Positions 28,170 through 38,400 of a stretch of 64,000 nt of DNA are shown here, in pieces. The notes under the pieces were generated by a model that saw only the letters and a program-made list of their open reading frames with translations, was not told the DNA's origin and searched no databases. Within the stretch, counting starts at the first letter, position 1; every line of letters starts with the position of its first letter. Both the position numbers and the translations under genes were made by a program. This DNA comes from Rubripirellula sp. GTDB lineage: Bacteria; Planctomycetota; Planctomycetia; Pirellulales; Pirellulaceae. The stretch lies in NCBI GenBank assembly GCA_965216875.1, contig OZ244207.1:8096001-8160000 (forward strand), given 5' to 3'.

Positions 28170-30038
28170 CTACAATCGCTCGACGTAGACGTAGTACGCA
28201 CCGCAAATTGGGGTTCCTTGATGGTCGAGGAAGGTTGCTTGGAGTTCGATGTCTTGCGGCGCTAGGGCTGCAACCGTTGAAAACGACTGCATGTCTTGGT
28301 TTGGCAAAAGCTCTATGCTCGTTTCTGCGATGGTCAGCGTTGCCGACGAGATGGGCAGCGATTTGCCTTGGACATAAACGCCGTCAGTCACTTTCGTCGC
28401 TGGAAGACTGGCGGTTAAGGTGAGTTGCGATTCACGGGGCCAACGACGTAGTTCAAATCGATAGCGTCCGGCTTGGGCGACTCGCACATGGAAGACACCA
28501 ATTTTGCGCTCGCCACGACGCACTTGGAGTTGCTGGTCGACAAAAACGTCGAGCCACTCACATGCAGTCAGCAGCATTGGGTTTTCGGCATCATCGCCAA
28601 TGACCACACGTTGCGGCGTCATGACGTCGGTTCTCACACCCTCCCACCAACGGTCAAGATGTGCACGCATCTTGGCAACGATTTCAGGATGCATGGTGGC
28701 GACGTCGTGGTCTTGGTGTGGGTCCGATGCGATGTTGTAAAGTCTGCGATTCTCGAGCAGTCGCCAGTTCTTCCATAACACGCCCGCACCATCTTTTTGT
28801 GGGATTGCCGGATTGCCAGCGGTGTAACTCACTTTGAACTGTGGCATTCGGCTGTAGTTGACCACGAGCATGCGATCATCAAGTGAATCGCGGTGGCCAC
28901 GAAAGATGGGTGCGAGGCTTTCGCCATCCAATTGGTCGGGAACGGAGGCGATACCGCAAAGGTCCGACAACGTCGGCAGAAGGTCCTGCACGTGACTGAG
29001 TTGGGCAATCTCACGCGGCTTGCCAATAGGGCCGTTTGGCCATCGAATGAAACAGGGAACGCGATGTCCGCCTTCCCACAATTGTGTTTTCTTTCCTCGC
29101 ATCCCTGCGTTGAAATAGTCTTGCCCCATGGTGCTGCCGTTGTCGGTAAGAAACACAACGATGGTGTTTTCGAACAATGCCGACTCTTTCAGAAACGCAT
29201 CGAGTCGGCCCACATTGGCGTCGATGTTGGCTCCCATTGCGAGAAAACTGACCAGGGATTCGATCTTCCCTTTCGACAAGTGCTTCACGACATCGGGATG
29301 TGCTTTGATCGATTCGCGGATTGGCGCACGGTAGTGGTTGGGAACGAACCAGGGCCAGTGGGCGGCATTAAGCGCGATGTACGTAAAAAACGGTTGGTCA
29401 GCGTCTTGTCCCATCCACTTGTTGGCTTCTTCGAAAAAGACATCGGTGCAATAGCCGTCGTACCGTTGTCGAGTTCCATTGTGAATGTACGTGTCGTCGA
29501 AGTAATCGTTGTCCCAGAAGTCGGGTACGCTATTGATGTGCGAGGTAGGAAACCAAAGCGTTTCATCGAACCCGCGGTCGCTGGGCCGAAAGGGATAGTT
29601 GTCACCTAAGTGCCACTTTCCAAAAATCCCGGTCCGATACCCCGCCTCTTGGAAAACGTTGGCAAGCGTTTTCAAATCGTGTTTGAGAAGTGTGCGTCCG
29701 CTGCTGACGTTGATCGCCGCATTTCGAAACGCGTCGACGCCGGTCAGCAGTTGACCACGGGTCGGCGTGCACATCGGAGCGACATGGAAGTCGGTCAGCC
29801 GAATCGATTGGGACGCCAAGTGGTCGATGTTGGGCGTCTGTGCGATCGGATTGCCATTGCACGAGAACTCACCATAACCTTGGTCGTCGGTCATGACGAC
29901 AATCACATTGGGACGCGGACCACTCGCATCCAGCTTCACTTGATGTTGAGGTAGCGGCTGTTGGGAGGGCAACTGTTGGCAAACAAACGAACTCGCGCAG
30001 AAACACACCAGCGCAATAATGTGTCGAAGGATTTGCAT
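28170..30038 (-). CDS. Arylsulfatase (secreted)
   Basis: RPNVIVVMTDDQGYG, APMCTPTRGQLLTG (CxPxR), GKWHLG, TDNG, WEGGHRVP; signal peptide MQILRHIIALVCF. Confidence 0.92.
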   Translation of the reverse strand: MQILRHIIALVCFCASSFVCQQLPSQQPLPQHQVKLDASGPRPNVIVVMTDDQGYGEFSCNGNPIAQTPNIDHLASQSIRLTDFHVAPMCTPTRGQLLTGVDAFRNAAINVSSGRTLLKHDLKTLANVFQEAGYRTGIFGKWHLGDNYPFRPSDRGFDETLWFPTSHINSVPDFWDNDYFDDTYIHNGTRQRYDGYCTDVFFEEANKWMGQDADQPFFTYIALNAAHWPWFVPNHYRAPIRESIKAHPDVVKHLSKGKIESLVSFLAMGANIDANVGRLDAFLKESALFENTIVVFLTDNGSTMGQDYFNAGMRGKKTQLWEGGHRVPCFIRWPNGPIGKPREIAQLSHVQDLLPTLSDLCGIASVPDQLDGESLAPIFRGHRDSLDDRMLVVNYSRMPQFKVSYTAGNPAIPQKDGAGVLWKNWRLLENRRLYNIASDPHQDHDVATMHPEIVAKMRAHLDRWWEGVRTDVMTPQRVVIGDDAENPMLLTACEWLDVFVDQQLQVRRGERKIGVFHVRVAQAGRYRFELRRWPRESQLTLTASLPATKVTDGVYVQGKSLPISSATLTIAETSIELLPNQDMQSFSTVAALAPQDIELQATFLDHQGTPICGAYYVYVERL

Positions 30039-30116
30039 GACATTCGCTCCAATCAATGCGCTCACGCCAGCGTGGGATGTATACCCGCTCGGCATGCTGA
30101 CGTGACGCGTGTTTTG

Positions 30117-31166
30117 CTAAGTACGAGGTGGTTGGCTGACGAGTGATCTTTGAGCTTCAATGACACGAATCGCTTGTTCGTCACTCATCTTCAGGTAGCG
30201 ATCACGTCCATTGGAATCGGGGTGGAACTGCGTGAAGCCGTCTTCGTCGACGGTAACGGTGCCTCGTGGTGAGAGGTCGAAATACGAATCATTGGGGCGG
30301 ACCGCATAGAGAACACTCGTCAAATCCCAAGTGGGGCGATCGTGGTTCGGGCCGCTGTGCAGCAGGTAGGATTCGCGGACGATGTGATGGTGGCGATATC
30401 GAAAATCGCGGGCGATGCTCTCGCGCGGATAGGGGGCTGCGATTCCAATAAGAAAGTCGCTCCAAATCACCGGCACGTCAGCAGGCCAGTTGGAGGCGAA
30501 CCGTTGCATCGACCCGATGCCGTTGCGCACGTTGGCTTCAAGGTAATGGTCGTTCTCTCCAACTGGGCGAAACGCTCCCGCCATCACACTGACAAGTCGT
30601 ACCTTTTGACGAACCAATTCGATTCCCGATAGCGGGCTGAGGTCGTCGGGTTCCGATGCGATCAGGCTGGCAAGGTTTGCCGCCAGTCCGACCTGAATCA
30701 CCGTGATCGAACGGTCATCGGCTGACGCAAGGACGGACCGAAGCAGTCGGGTCGCCTCGGGGGCGGCACCGGTTTTCAAATCATGTGGATAACGCCATTG
30801 GTCGCCATCTTTGTGTTCGACCAGCTTGAGGTATTTGCTTTGGCGGCGCTGGGCATCTTTGGTCACACCGATTGGTATATCGGGGCGGCCGTAAAAGGTG
30901 TTGACCGCATCGACAAAGGGAGCCGCCAGCGGATTGATTTTCGACACCGTCACCGCCTCGATCACACACTCCCCGCGGTCGGCCAATGTGTGCAGCATTG
31001 CCAACGCGAGTACATCATCAACATCACCCGTGATGTCGGTGTCGAAAACGACGCGGACAGGGGACACGACTGCATCCTCGGCGACCGCAAGGTTTCCAAT
31101 TAAGGCGAATGACAGTAGCAAACTGAGCCACGTCACAAATGAACGATCATGTTGATGGTCAAACAT
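30117..31166 (-). CDS. Nucleoside hydrolase family protein with signal peptide (paralog 2)
   Basis: VVFDTDITGDVDDVLAL (Asp-rich Ca-binding motif), VMAGAF, EANV, RPTWDLTSVLYAV. Confidence 0.85.
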   Translation of the reverse strand: MFDHQHDRSFVTWLSLLLSFALIGNLAVAEDAVVSPVRVVFDTDITGDVDDVLALAMLHTLADRGECVIEAVTVSKINPLAAPFVDAVNTFYGRPDIPIGVTKDAQRRQSKYLKLVEHKDGDQWRYPHDLKTGAAPEATRLLRSVLASADDRSITVIQVGLAANLASLIASEPDDLSPLSGIELVRQKVRLVSVMAGAFRPVGENDHYLEANVRNGIGSMQRFASNWPADVPVIWSDFLIGIAAPYPRESIARDFRYRHHHIVRESYLLHSGPNHDRPTWDLTSVLYAVRPNDSYFDLSPRGTVTVDEDGFTQFHPDSNGRDRYLKMSDEQAIRVIEAQRSLVSQPPRT

Positions 31167-32118
31167 TGTCTCTTCTCCAGCGGCTTCTTAGGGCGTCGAG
31201 CAGTACGGCAACGACGATGACGGCTCCGGTGATGATTTGCTTGTTTGCATCGGAGACGCCGATCTGGGCGAGCCCGGTTTGCAGCACTGCAATGATCAGG
31301 ACACCAATGAACGAACTGATCACATTGCCGCGGCCGCCCATCAGACTTGTGCCACCGATCACGCAGGCGGCGATCGCTGAGAGTTCAATTCCAATCGCGG
31401 CATTCGGATCGGCCGACGACAGTCGCGAAGTTTGGGCCAGCCCCGCCAATCCGCAAAGCAATCCGCTGATTGCGAACACCGTGATCGAGTAAGGAGCGGT
31501 TCGGATGCCCGACATGCGAACCGCTTCTGCGTTGGTGCCGATCGCGACGCAGTACCTTCCGAAGATCGTTCGCGTCAGAAGGAATTGACCAGCAAGCACG
31601 GCTGCAATGGCCAACACAAACGCTGGTGAAACCATGATGCCAGGCAGCGGCTGGCCGATCGGTTCCACTGCCGATCCTATGTACTTTGTCTGAGAATCGG
31701 TGACGAGCTTTGTCGCGCCACGCGCCATCTCGAGCATGCCGAGTGTCACGATGAACGAAGGAATCCGAAAAGCGATCGACACACAACCACTTGCGAGACC
31801 ACAGAGGGCACCGGTCATCAAACAAAACGGAATCGCGAGTCCGAGCGACCAACCTCGATCGACCATCAGCGATCCAAGGACGGCCGAAGACAAGGCGAGA
31901 ACTGAGCCGACTGACAAATCGATTCCGCCCACGATCAAGACCAGGGTCATGCCGACGGCGATGAAGGTGAGGTCGGGGATCTGGTTCGCGATCGAAACGA
32001 GCGTCGATTGTTGAAAGAAATTCTCGCTCTTCAAACTGAAAACAGTGACCATTCCTGCAAGCACAAGCAGCAACGCACCGTAGTCGGTCGCGAGGTTCAT
32101 GAGTTTCTGGCGATTCAT
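31159..32118 (-). CDS. rbsC: Ribose-type sugar ABC transporter permease
   Basis: GGIDLSVGS, IPSFIVTLG, AIGTNAEAVRMSGI, IELSAIAACVIGGTSLMGGRG. Confidence 0.88.
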   Translation of the reverse strand: MNRQKLMNLATDYGALLLVLAGMVTVFSLKSENFFQQSTLVSIANQIPDLTFIAVGMTLVLIVGGIDLSVGSVLALSSAVLGSLMVDRGWSLGLAIPFCLMTGALCGLASGCVSIAFRIPSFIVTLGMLEMARGATKLVTDSQTKYIGSAVEPIGQPLPGIMVSPAFVLAIAAVLAGQFLLTRTIFGRYCVAIGTNAEAVRMSGIRTAPYSITVFAISGLLCGLAGLAQTSRLSSADPNAAIGIELSAIAACVIGGTSLMGGRGNVISSFIGVLIIAVLQTGLAQIGVSDANKQIITGAVIVVAVLLDALRSRWRRDNV

Positions 32119-33659
32119 GCCGGCCTCCGATCAAGGTAGCCGGAAAACGCCGCTTCCATCATTCGTTTTTGCGACCAATTGTCGCGCGTAAAGGTCTCGA
32201 CGATCCGACCATCGGACATGACGGCGATGCGATCGCATACCTCGAGAAGTTCATCGAGATCGCTGCTGACCAAGAGGATGCCTTGGCCCTGTTCGGCCAG
32301 CCCGTCGATGAGTTGGTAGATTCGACGTCGCGCCGCAACATCAATGCCGCGTGTTGGTTCATCCATTAGGAAGACTTGTGCGTCGCGAACCAGCCATTTC
32401 GCGATGGCGACCTTTTGCTGGTTTCCGCCACTGAGCGTTCCGATGCTTTGTTCAATGTTCTCGCAGCGGACTTCGAGCGAGTCGCATTGCTCGCGTGTTG
32501 TTTCGGACTCGGCGTTCTGGCGCGCGATTCCGAACGCAGAAAACCTCTGCCACATCGATGCGATGGTGGTGTTGAAACGAATCGGTTTTGAAAGGAGCAA
32601 GCCGTTCTGTTTGCGATCTTCGGTGACCATCGCAAGCCCAGCAGAAACAGCTTGGTTGGGATGACGAAACCTTCTTGGAGACTCATCACGTTGAAAGGAG
32701 ACGCCGCCTGCGCTTGCGGCGTCAGCACCAAAGATCAAACGTAGCAACTCGGTTCGCCCGGAACCAACCAGTCCGGCGATCCCGAGTTTCTCTCCACGAT
32801 GCAGATCAAAAGAAACGTCATGGACTTGGCATCCACTCGAGCGAGCGTCCCCGCAGAGCCCTTCGACGCGAAAGATGACATCGTCGCGTCGGCAATACGA
32901 TGTGTGCTTGGCGTGCGTAGCGGCCGATTCACCGCTCATCAATTCGACCATGCGCTGCGTCGAACAATCACCGGGATCAAAAGTGCCAACGAGTTGTCCA
33001 TCACGCAACACGGAAATCTGATCCGCAATGCGGGCCACTTCATCCAATCGGTGGCTGATATAGATGATGCCGACGCCGTCGTCTCGCAAATGATCCAACC
33101 ATTGAAAGAGCGATTCCGATTCAGCTGGGCTGAGTGCAGCGGTCGGTTCATCCAGAATCAACAAACGACATTGGCGCATCAGCGCGGCGCAGATTTCGAT
33201 CATCTGCTGCTGGCCAACGCCGAGTGATGCGACCTTGGACAGGGTTGAAATGTGAGTCAGCCCGAACCGGTCCAAGGCATCACGTGCTCGATCGTGAAGC
33301 CGCTTGGTGCTGAGGATGCCGGCTGTGTTGGGCAGGCTCGTCAGCAGCAAGTTCTCGGCAACCGTCAGCGTGTTGATGAGGTTTAACTCTTGCTGGACAA
33401 TTTCGACGCCGACCGACTCGGCATCACGTTTGCTCGCAGGTTGATAGACCCGATCGTCGAGCAGCATGCAACCTGACGAGGGTGCAACGAGCCCGGCGAT
33501 CATGCGGACAAGTGTGCTCTTCCCGGCACCGTTGGCACCCAGCAATGCATGCACTTTGCCTGGCTGAAAGCCAAGGCTGCATTGATCGACGACGGTCGCC
33601 GCGCCGTAACGTTTTGAAAGCCCCTGCAATTCAAGCAAGTTGGAACTTGTTGCGCTCAC
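32115..33659 (-). CDS. rbsA: Sugar ABC transporter ATP-binding protein (two NBDs)
   Basis: GANGAGKST, LDEPTAAL, ISHRLDEV, GLVGSGRTE, LSGGNQQK, DEPTRGIDV. Confidence 0.9.
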   Translation of the reverse strand: MSATSSNLLELQGLSKRYGAATVVDQCSLGFQPGKVHALLGANGAGKSTLVRMIAGLVAPSSGCMLLDDRVYQPASKRDAESVGVEIVQQELNLINTLTVAENLLLTSLPNTAGILSTKRLHDRARDALDRFGLTHISTLSKVASLGVGQQQMIEICAALMRQCRLLILDEPTAALSPAESESLFQWLDHLRDDGVGIIYISHRLDEVARIADQISVLRDGQLVGTFDPGDCSTQRMVELMSGESAATHAKHTSYCRRDDVIFRVEGLCGDARSSGCQVHDVSFDLHRGEKLGIAGLVGSGRTELLRLIFGADAASAGGVSFQRDESPRRFRHPNQAVSAGLAMVTEDRKQNGLLLSKPIRFNTTIASMWQRFSAFGIARQNAESETTREQCDSLEVRCENIEQSIGTLSGGNQQKVAIAKWLVRDAQVFLMDEPTRGIDVAARRRIYQLIDGLAEQGQGILLVSSDLDELLEVCDRIAVMSDGRIVETFTRDNWSQKRMMEAAFSGYLDRRPA

Positions 33660-34630
33660 TGCTGTAGCGTCTCCGCAGTGATCAAGTCGACGGGAGTTTC
33701 TACGTCTGCAGGAGCTGAGCCCGGTTCCGCGAGCATCTTGAGTGCCGCCTCGATTCCGAACACTGCAAGTTGGTCGCCGTGTTGGTCTGCTGTCGCGAGG
33801 ACTTTGCCTTCCTTGATTGCCGTTTGCACGGCTGAGATGTTGTCAAATCCGACGATCATCACGCTGTCGCTTTTTCCCGCACTCTTGACCGCTGCGACAG
33901 CCCCTAAGGCCATTGAGTCGTTGGCGGCAAGGATTGCTTTGGCTTGTGGGTGTTCGCTCAGCATCGAGGCAGCGATCGTGTTCGCTTTGCTCATCTCCCA
34001 TTCGGCCGATTGGCTGTCGGCGATCGTCACTCCCGCGTCATTCATTGCGACCTCGAATCCCTCACGCCGCTGCTGGCCGTTGAACGAAGTGCGGATCCCT
34101 TCCAGCACGAGGACCGAGTCGCCTTTGTTGAGCTGGTCGGCTAAGTGATCACCAACCTTTTTTGCGCCGGCTTTGTTGTCAGGGCCGACGAAGGGAATCG
34201 AAATGCCTTCCTGACTTAGCACACTGGCATCGAGTCGATTGTCGATGTTGACTACGACGACGCCCGCATTTTGAGCCTTGCGTAGTGCTGGGACGAGTGC
34301 TTTCGAATCAGCCGGTGCAATCACAATGGCGTCGACGCCACTGGCGACCATTTCGTCGACCAACGCGACTTGGCGGCTCAAGTCGCGTTCGTCCTTGATC
34401 CCATTGATTACGAGATCGTACTCGCCTGCGTTTTCCGCTTGATGCGAACGCGCTCCTTCAGCCATGGTCGAGAAAAACTCGTTAGCCAACGACTTCATGA
34501 TCAACGCAACTCGCGGCTTTGTGTCCGACGAGTCCGCGGTTTGGTTCGGCTTGTCACCGGGAGTGCTTGAGTTGCTGTTGCAGCCGACCAGGCACAGAGC
34601 AACGAACAGTAGGGATAAGTTTCGGTTCAT
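33656..34630 (-). CDS. rbsB: Sugar ABC substrate-binding lipoprotein
   Basis: Lipobox LVGC, KSLANEFF, IAPADS, FVGPDN, AANDSMALGA, VGFD. Confidence 0.85.
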   Translation of the reverse strand: MNRNLSLLFVALCLVGCNSNSSTPGDKPNQTADSSDTKPRVALIMKSLANEFFSTMAEGARSHQAENAGEYDLVINGIKDERDLSRQVALVDEMVASGVDAIVIAPADSKALVPALRKAQNAGVVVVNIDNRLDASVLSQEGISIPFVGPDNKAGAKKVGDHLADQLNKGDSVLVLEGIRTSFNGQQRREGFEVAMNDAGVTIADSQSAEWEMSKANTIAASMLSEHPQAKAILAANDSMALGAVAAVKSAGKSDSVMIVGFDNISAVQTAIKEGKVLATADQHGDQLAVFGIEAALKMLAEPGSAPADVETPVDLITAETLQQ

Positions 34631-34642
34631 TCTTTCTCTCGC

Positions 34643-35590
34643 TTAATTCGCACCTTCATTGTGCGTGCATTGGGCTATGATTTCGGAGCGTGTCGGAAGA
34701 CTATGCTGGGCGCCACTGCGCGATGCGGCGATAGAACCGGCCGCGTTACCAAAGCGGATCGCCGCTGACAAATCGTTGGCCTGAGCCCAGTGGACGGCCA
34801 GTGCTCCCACGAACGCATCCCCAGCGGCCGTTGCATCGATGGCATCGACGGGGAACGGTTGGACCATTTCCAACTGGTCGCCGTCAAACAGCAATGTGCC
34901 CTCGGCCCCCAAGGTGATGGCGACTGCAGCAGCGCCGCGCGCGTGCAGCTTGCGTGCAGCCGCTTCGATTTGGCTTCGAGTTTCGACGGGCTCGCCAATC
35001 AATGCTGCGGCTTCCGTCTCATTGGGACAAATCAAGTCAACGTGCAATAGCTGTTCGGGCCATTGGGGAACCGCGGGGGCCGGATCAAGGATCACGCGCG
35101 TGTCGTTAGCTTTGGCAACCTCGATGGCGAGCAGAACGGAGTCGATGGGAACTTCCAATTGCAGCAGCAAGACATCGGCAGCGGCGATCAACGATTCGTG
35201 TTGCACGACATCGCTTGGCTTCATGCAGCCGTTGGCTCCAGGGACAACAATGATCTGATTCTCGCCATCGTCAGCGACAGTAATCATTGCGACTCCCGAC
35301 GGTCCCGACGATGTCTGGATCGAATCGACACCGATGCCTTCGCGCTGTAGTCCATCGACAAGTTGACCGCCATAGAGGTCACTACCAACGCGGCCAATCA
35401 TCGAAACGGTTGCGCCCGCGCGGCTGGCAGCCACCGCTTGGTTGGCCCCTTTTCCGCCAGGGATTTCCGCAAACGAGGTTGCCGTCAGTGTTTGCCCGGG
35501 TAATGGCAAAGATTGACAACAGGCAACAAGATCGATGTTGATCGAACCAAGCACTACGATGTTGACGACTTCGTCCTGGTTCTCCATCAC
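34643..35590 (-). CDS. rbsK: Ribokinase
   Basis: GSINIDL, PGGKGANQAVA, LLQLEVP, PNETEA, DATAAGDAFVG. Confidence 0.93.
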   Translation of the reverse strand: MMENQDEVVNIVVLGSINIDLVACCQSLPLPGQTLTATSFAEIPGGKGANQAVAASRAGATVSMIGRVGSDLYGGQLVDGLQREGIGVDSIQTSSGPSGVAMITVADDGENQIIVVPGANGCMKPSDVVQHESLIAAADVLLLQLEVPIDSVLLAIEVAKANDTRVILDPAPAVPQWPEQLLHVDLICPNETEAAALIGEPVETRSQIEAAARKLHARGAAAVAITLGAEGTLLFDGDQLEMVQPFPVDAIDATAAGDAFVGALAVHWAQANDLSAAIRFGNAAGSIAASRSGAQHSLPTRSEIIAQCTHNEGAN

Positions 35591-36645
35591 TGCTCCGAAT
35601 TGGTGGCCAGGTTGGGCGGTTGGCTCGATAATTGAACCAGCGATTCGGTCGTTCTCGGTTTTTGTTCGTCTCGAATGATCAGGTATTGATCGCGTCCTTT
35701 GTCGATGGCTTCGAATGTGGTCAAGCCGTCATCGGCAACATGAACACGGCCGGGCGAGGAGAGGTCAAAGTAGGATCGGTCGGGGCGTATTGCGTACAAG
35801 ACCGATGTCAGGTCCCAGGTGGGGCGGTCGTGAGGCGGCGGGTTGTACAGCGTGTAGGCTTCGGCGAGTGGGTGATGTTCGACGTAGCGATAGTCTTTCA
35901 AAATGCTCTGGTGCGGGTAGGTCAAGTTCTTTCCGATTTCAAACCCGCTCCAAACGATCGGCGTCGGCCAGTTTGCAGTGATGTACTTTGCGGACGGAAT
36001 GTCCTTGATGATGTTGTATTCCTTGTGGTCGTAGAGATGCCCCGTGTCCCCGCGGATCTGACGAAAGGCACCCGCCATGATGGAAAGGAGTCGCACCTTC
36101 TTTTTGACCAACGCCGCTCCGCTCAGGGGACTGTGATCGTCACCGCCCGACTTCAAGAGGTTTGCGAGGTTGGTTGAAAAACCAACCTGTGCAATCACCA
36201 CCGCGCCGTCGTCGGCCGCAGCAAGTGTTTGTCGGAGCACGTCAACGGCGTCGGGAGCATCCTCGCCCGATTTCAAATCGTGTGGGTAGCGGAGTTCGCC
36301 TTGGTCTTGTTTGATTGCAAGTCCGTTGAATTTTCCCTCGTGCGGAGTCACCCCACTACGACACACGCCGACGGGAATGGATCCGCGTCCGTAAAACGTG
36401 TTCACCGCATCGGCAAAGGGCGCGGCATATTCGTGATCTTTGGTAATCGTCACCGCCAACAGTTCACATTCGCCTCGAGATTGCAATGCGTGAATCATGC
36501 CAAGGGCTAAGACGTCGTCACAATCATTGCCAATGTCGGTGTCGAAAATGATCGGAACCGGCGCGCCGTCTTCGGCCATGGTCGGCGGTGCATTGAAAGC
36601 CATGAGCAACAACGCGACGAGGGAAAGCCAGTGGTGCGTTTTCAT
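35587..36645 (-). CDS. Nucleoside hydrolase family protein with signal peptide (paralog 1)
   Basis: IIFDTDIGNDCDDVLAL, IMAGAF, KEYNI, RPTWDLTSVLYAI; clear similarity to 30117..31166. Confidence 0.87.
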   Translation of the reverse strand: MKTHHWLSLVALLLMAFNAPPTMAEDGAPVPIIFDTDIGNDCDDVLALGMIHALQSRGECELLAVTITKDHEYAAPFADAVNTFYGRGSIPVGVCRSGVTPHEGKFNGLAIKQDQGELRYPHDLKSGEDAPDAVDVLRQTLAAADDGAVVIAQVGFSTNLANLLKSGGDDHSPLSGAALVKKKVRLLSIMAGAFRQIRGDTGHLYDHKEYNIIKDIPSAKYITANWPTPIVWSGFEIGKNLTYPHQSILKDYRYVEHHPLAEAYTLYNPPPHDRPTWDLTSVLYAIRPDRSYFDLSSPGRVHVADDGLTTFEAIDKGRDQYLIIRDEQKPRTTESLVQLSSQPPNLATNSEQ

Positions 36646-36678
36646 CGATGGTGATCTCCTGGTGCCAGTCCAATCCGG

Positions 36679-37710
36679 CTAGCGTGGTGGTTTGCCAATC
36701 GAATCTCGGTGTCGTACATCGACACCGATCTCGTGAAGGCGTTTACGTGAGGCTCGGCCGCCCTGCAGCTGTTTGAGAATGAGTTCGGCGGCGCGTTGCC
36801 CGAGCGATTCGACGTCTTGGGCGACGGTCGAAATCGGAACCTGCATCAAGTCGGCGAATGGTGAATCGTCAAATGCGACAATGGATAGATCGTCGGGCAC
36901 ACTCCGCCCCGCTTCGGTTGCGGCTCGCAACGCGCCGAATGCGTTGGGCATGCTAAACGCAAAGAGAGCGGTCAGTTCGGGATGCTCATCAAGCAGTTGT
37001 GAGGCCGAGGCGTAGCCTGATTCAGCGGTGAAGTTGTCGCCACGAATGAAATCAGGATTCAGTGACTCGCCGACACGTTCCAGCGCATCGCGAACACCGC
37101 AGAGCCTCGCTTCGTTGGGGAGCGTTCCGGGGAGTCCCTGCAGCACACCGATCTGGCGATGCCCTTGAGCCGTCAACAATCGCATCGCTTTTTGTGCGCC
37201 TGCCTCATGCTTTGACGTCACCTGCAAGAAATCGGATGACGGAAATGTTCGATCAACCAGCACCATCGTGGCACCTGATTGTTCGGCCTGTTTGAGGTGT
37301 TCCTGTTCGACTCCGACAGGACAGATGACGATCGCTTCCACTTCGCGAGCAATCAACTCGGAAAGCAACTTTGCCTCGCGCTGCGTTTCCTCTCGACTGT
37401 CAGCCAGCAGTACTGAATAGCCCGCAGCCTCCGTCGCCAAGGTGACTTCGCGCGCGATTGCGGAAAAGAAGGGGTTCGAAACATCGGGGACAACGATCCC
37501 GATCAAACCGGTCTTCTGCAGCCGAAGTGATCGGGCCACCCGACTTGGCCGAAATCCAAGTCGCTCCGCCGCAGCCCGGACGGTGGTGGCGGTTTCCTCG
37601 CTAATTCGGTACGCCTCGGCTTGGCCATTGAGTGAACGCGAGGCGGTTGAAACGCTCACGCCGGCGGCTGTAGCGACGTCGTTTAAGGTGACTCGGGTGG
37701 CTGCGGTCAT
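36679..37710 (-). CDS. LacI-family transcriptional regulator
   Basis: VTLNDVATAAGVSVSTASRSLN HTH, ARSLR, NPFFSAI, VPDDLSIVAFDD. Start at ATG 37710. Confidence 0.93.
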   Translation of the reverse strand: MTAATRVTLNDVATAAGVSVSTASRSLNGQAEAYRISEETATTVRAAAERLGFRPSRVARSLRLQKTGLIGIVVPDVSNPFFSAIAREVTLATEAAGYSVLLADSREETQREAKLLSELIAREVEAIVICPVGVEQEHLKQAEQSGATMVLVDRTFPSSDFLQVTSKHEAGAQKAMRLLTAQGHRQIGVLQGLPGTLPNEARLCGVRDALERVGESLNPDFIRGDNFTAESGYASASQLLDEHPELTALFAFSMPNAFGALRAATEAGRSVPDDLSIVAFDDSPFADLMQVPISTVAQDVESLGQRAAELILKQLQGGRASRKRLHEIGVDVRHRDSIGKPPR

Positions 37711-37733
37711 CGCTTGTTCAGTAAAAAACACGT

Positions 37734-37751
37734 TGCACAATCGTTTGTGCA
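37734..37751. promoter_or_regulatory. LacI-type operator
   Basis: TGCACAATCGTTTGTGCA, near-perfect palindrome with central CG, about 24 bp upstream of the LacI start. Confidence 0.75.
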
Positions 37752-38072
37752 TCGTATTCGACGGAGGTTTGGCTTTCAACCCTGCTGCCGATCGCTAGGC
37801 GGCCGAGAGGACGTTTTGCTTCCTGAAATGCATTTGCGGCAACGGAAACGGCTCGCTTCGATCGTCAAGGACGTTACAAACAATCAACGCGGAAAAAACA
37901 GTGAAGGCAATCGTTGCGACGCCTCAGATCGGGTACTGAAACAGAGCCAAACAAGCTCTATAATGAACGTCTGTCGACAAGTCTCGAAGACGAATGGCCG
38001 CTCTTGGTTTTTGAGCGGGTATCTCGCCGGGTTCGAGCGCAGAAGAGCCTCCCGCCTTTAGAAACACGGCCA

Positions 38073-38345
38073 ATGTCCACTTCCCAACGCTGTGCGAACC
38101 TGATCTTGGACGAAACCTTTTTGGAGGTGCGTGCCAAACTCTTGGAGGTTGCTGCGACACTCGATCGGATTGACCGGTCATCCGATGAGGGCCAGCCGCT
38201 CGACGATGCATCGGGCAAACGCCGCGCGAAGCTGGACGATGCGATTCGGATTCTGCTTAGTGAAGGACCCGACCGAGCGGAACGACTGCAAAAACTCTTC
38301 TCGCGAGAGTATGAGCCCGAGTGGCGAACAACGATGAACCTTTAG
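38073..38345 (+). CDS. Small helical hypothetical protein
   Basis: ILDETFLEVRAKLLEVAATLDRIDR..DRAERLQKLFSREYEPEW; directly precedes the TatD-like gene. Confidence 0.7.
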   Translation: MSTSQRCANLILDETFLEVRAKLLEVAATLDRIDRSSDEGQPLDDASGKRRAKLDDAIRILLSEGPDRAERLQKLFSREYEPEWRTTMNL

Positions 38346-38400
38346 TCATCACCCGTCGAATTTTTAGACCACCAAACCTTGCGCCACCGATTGAGCTGTC

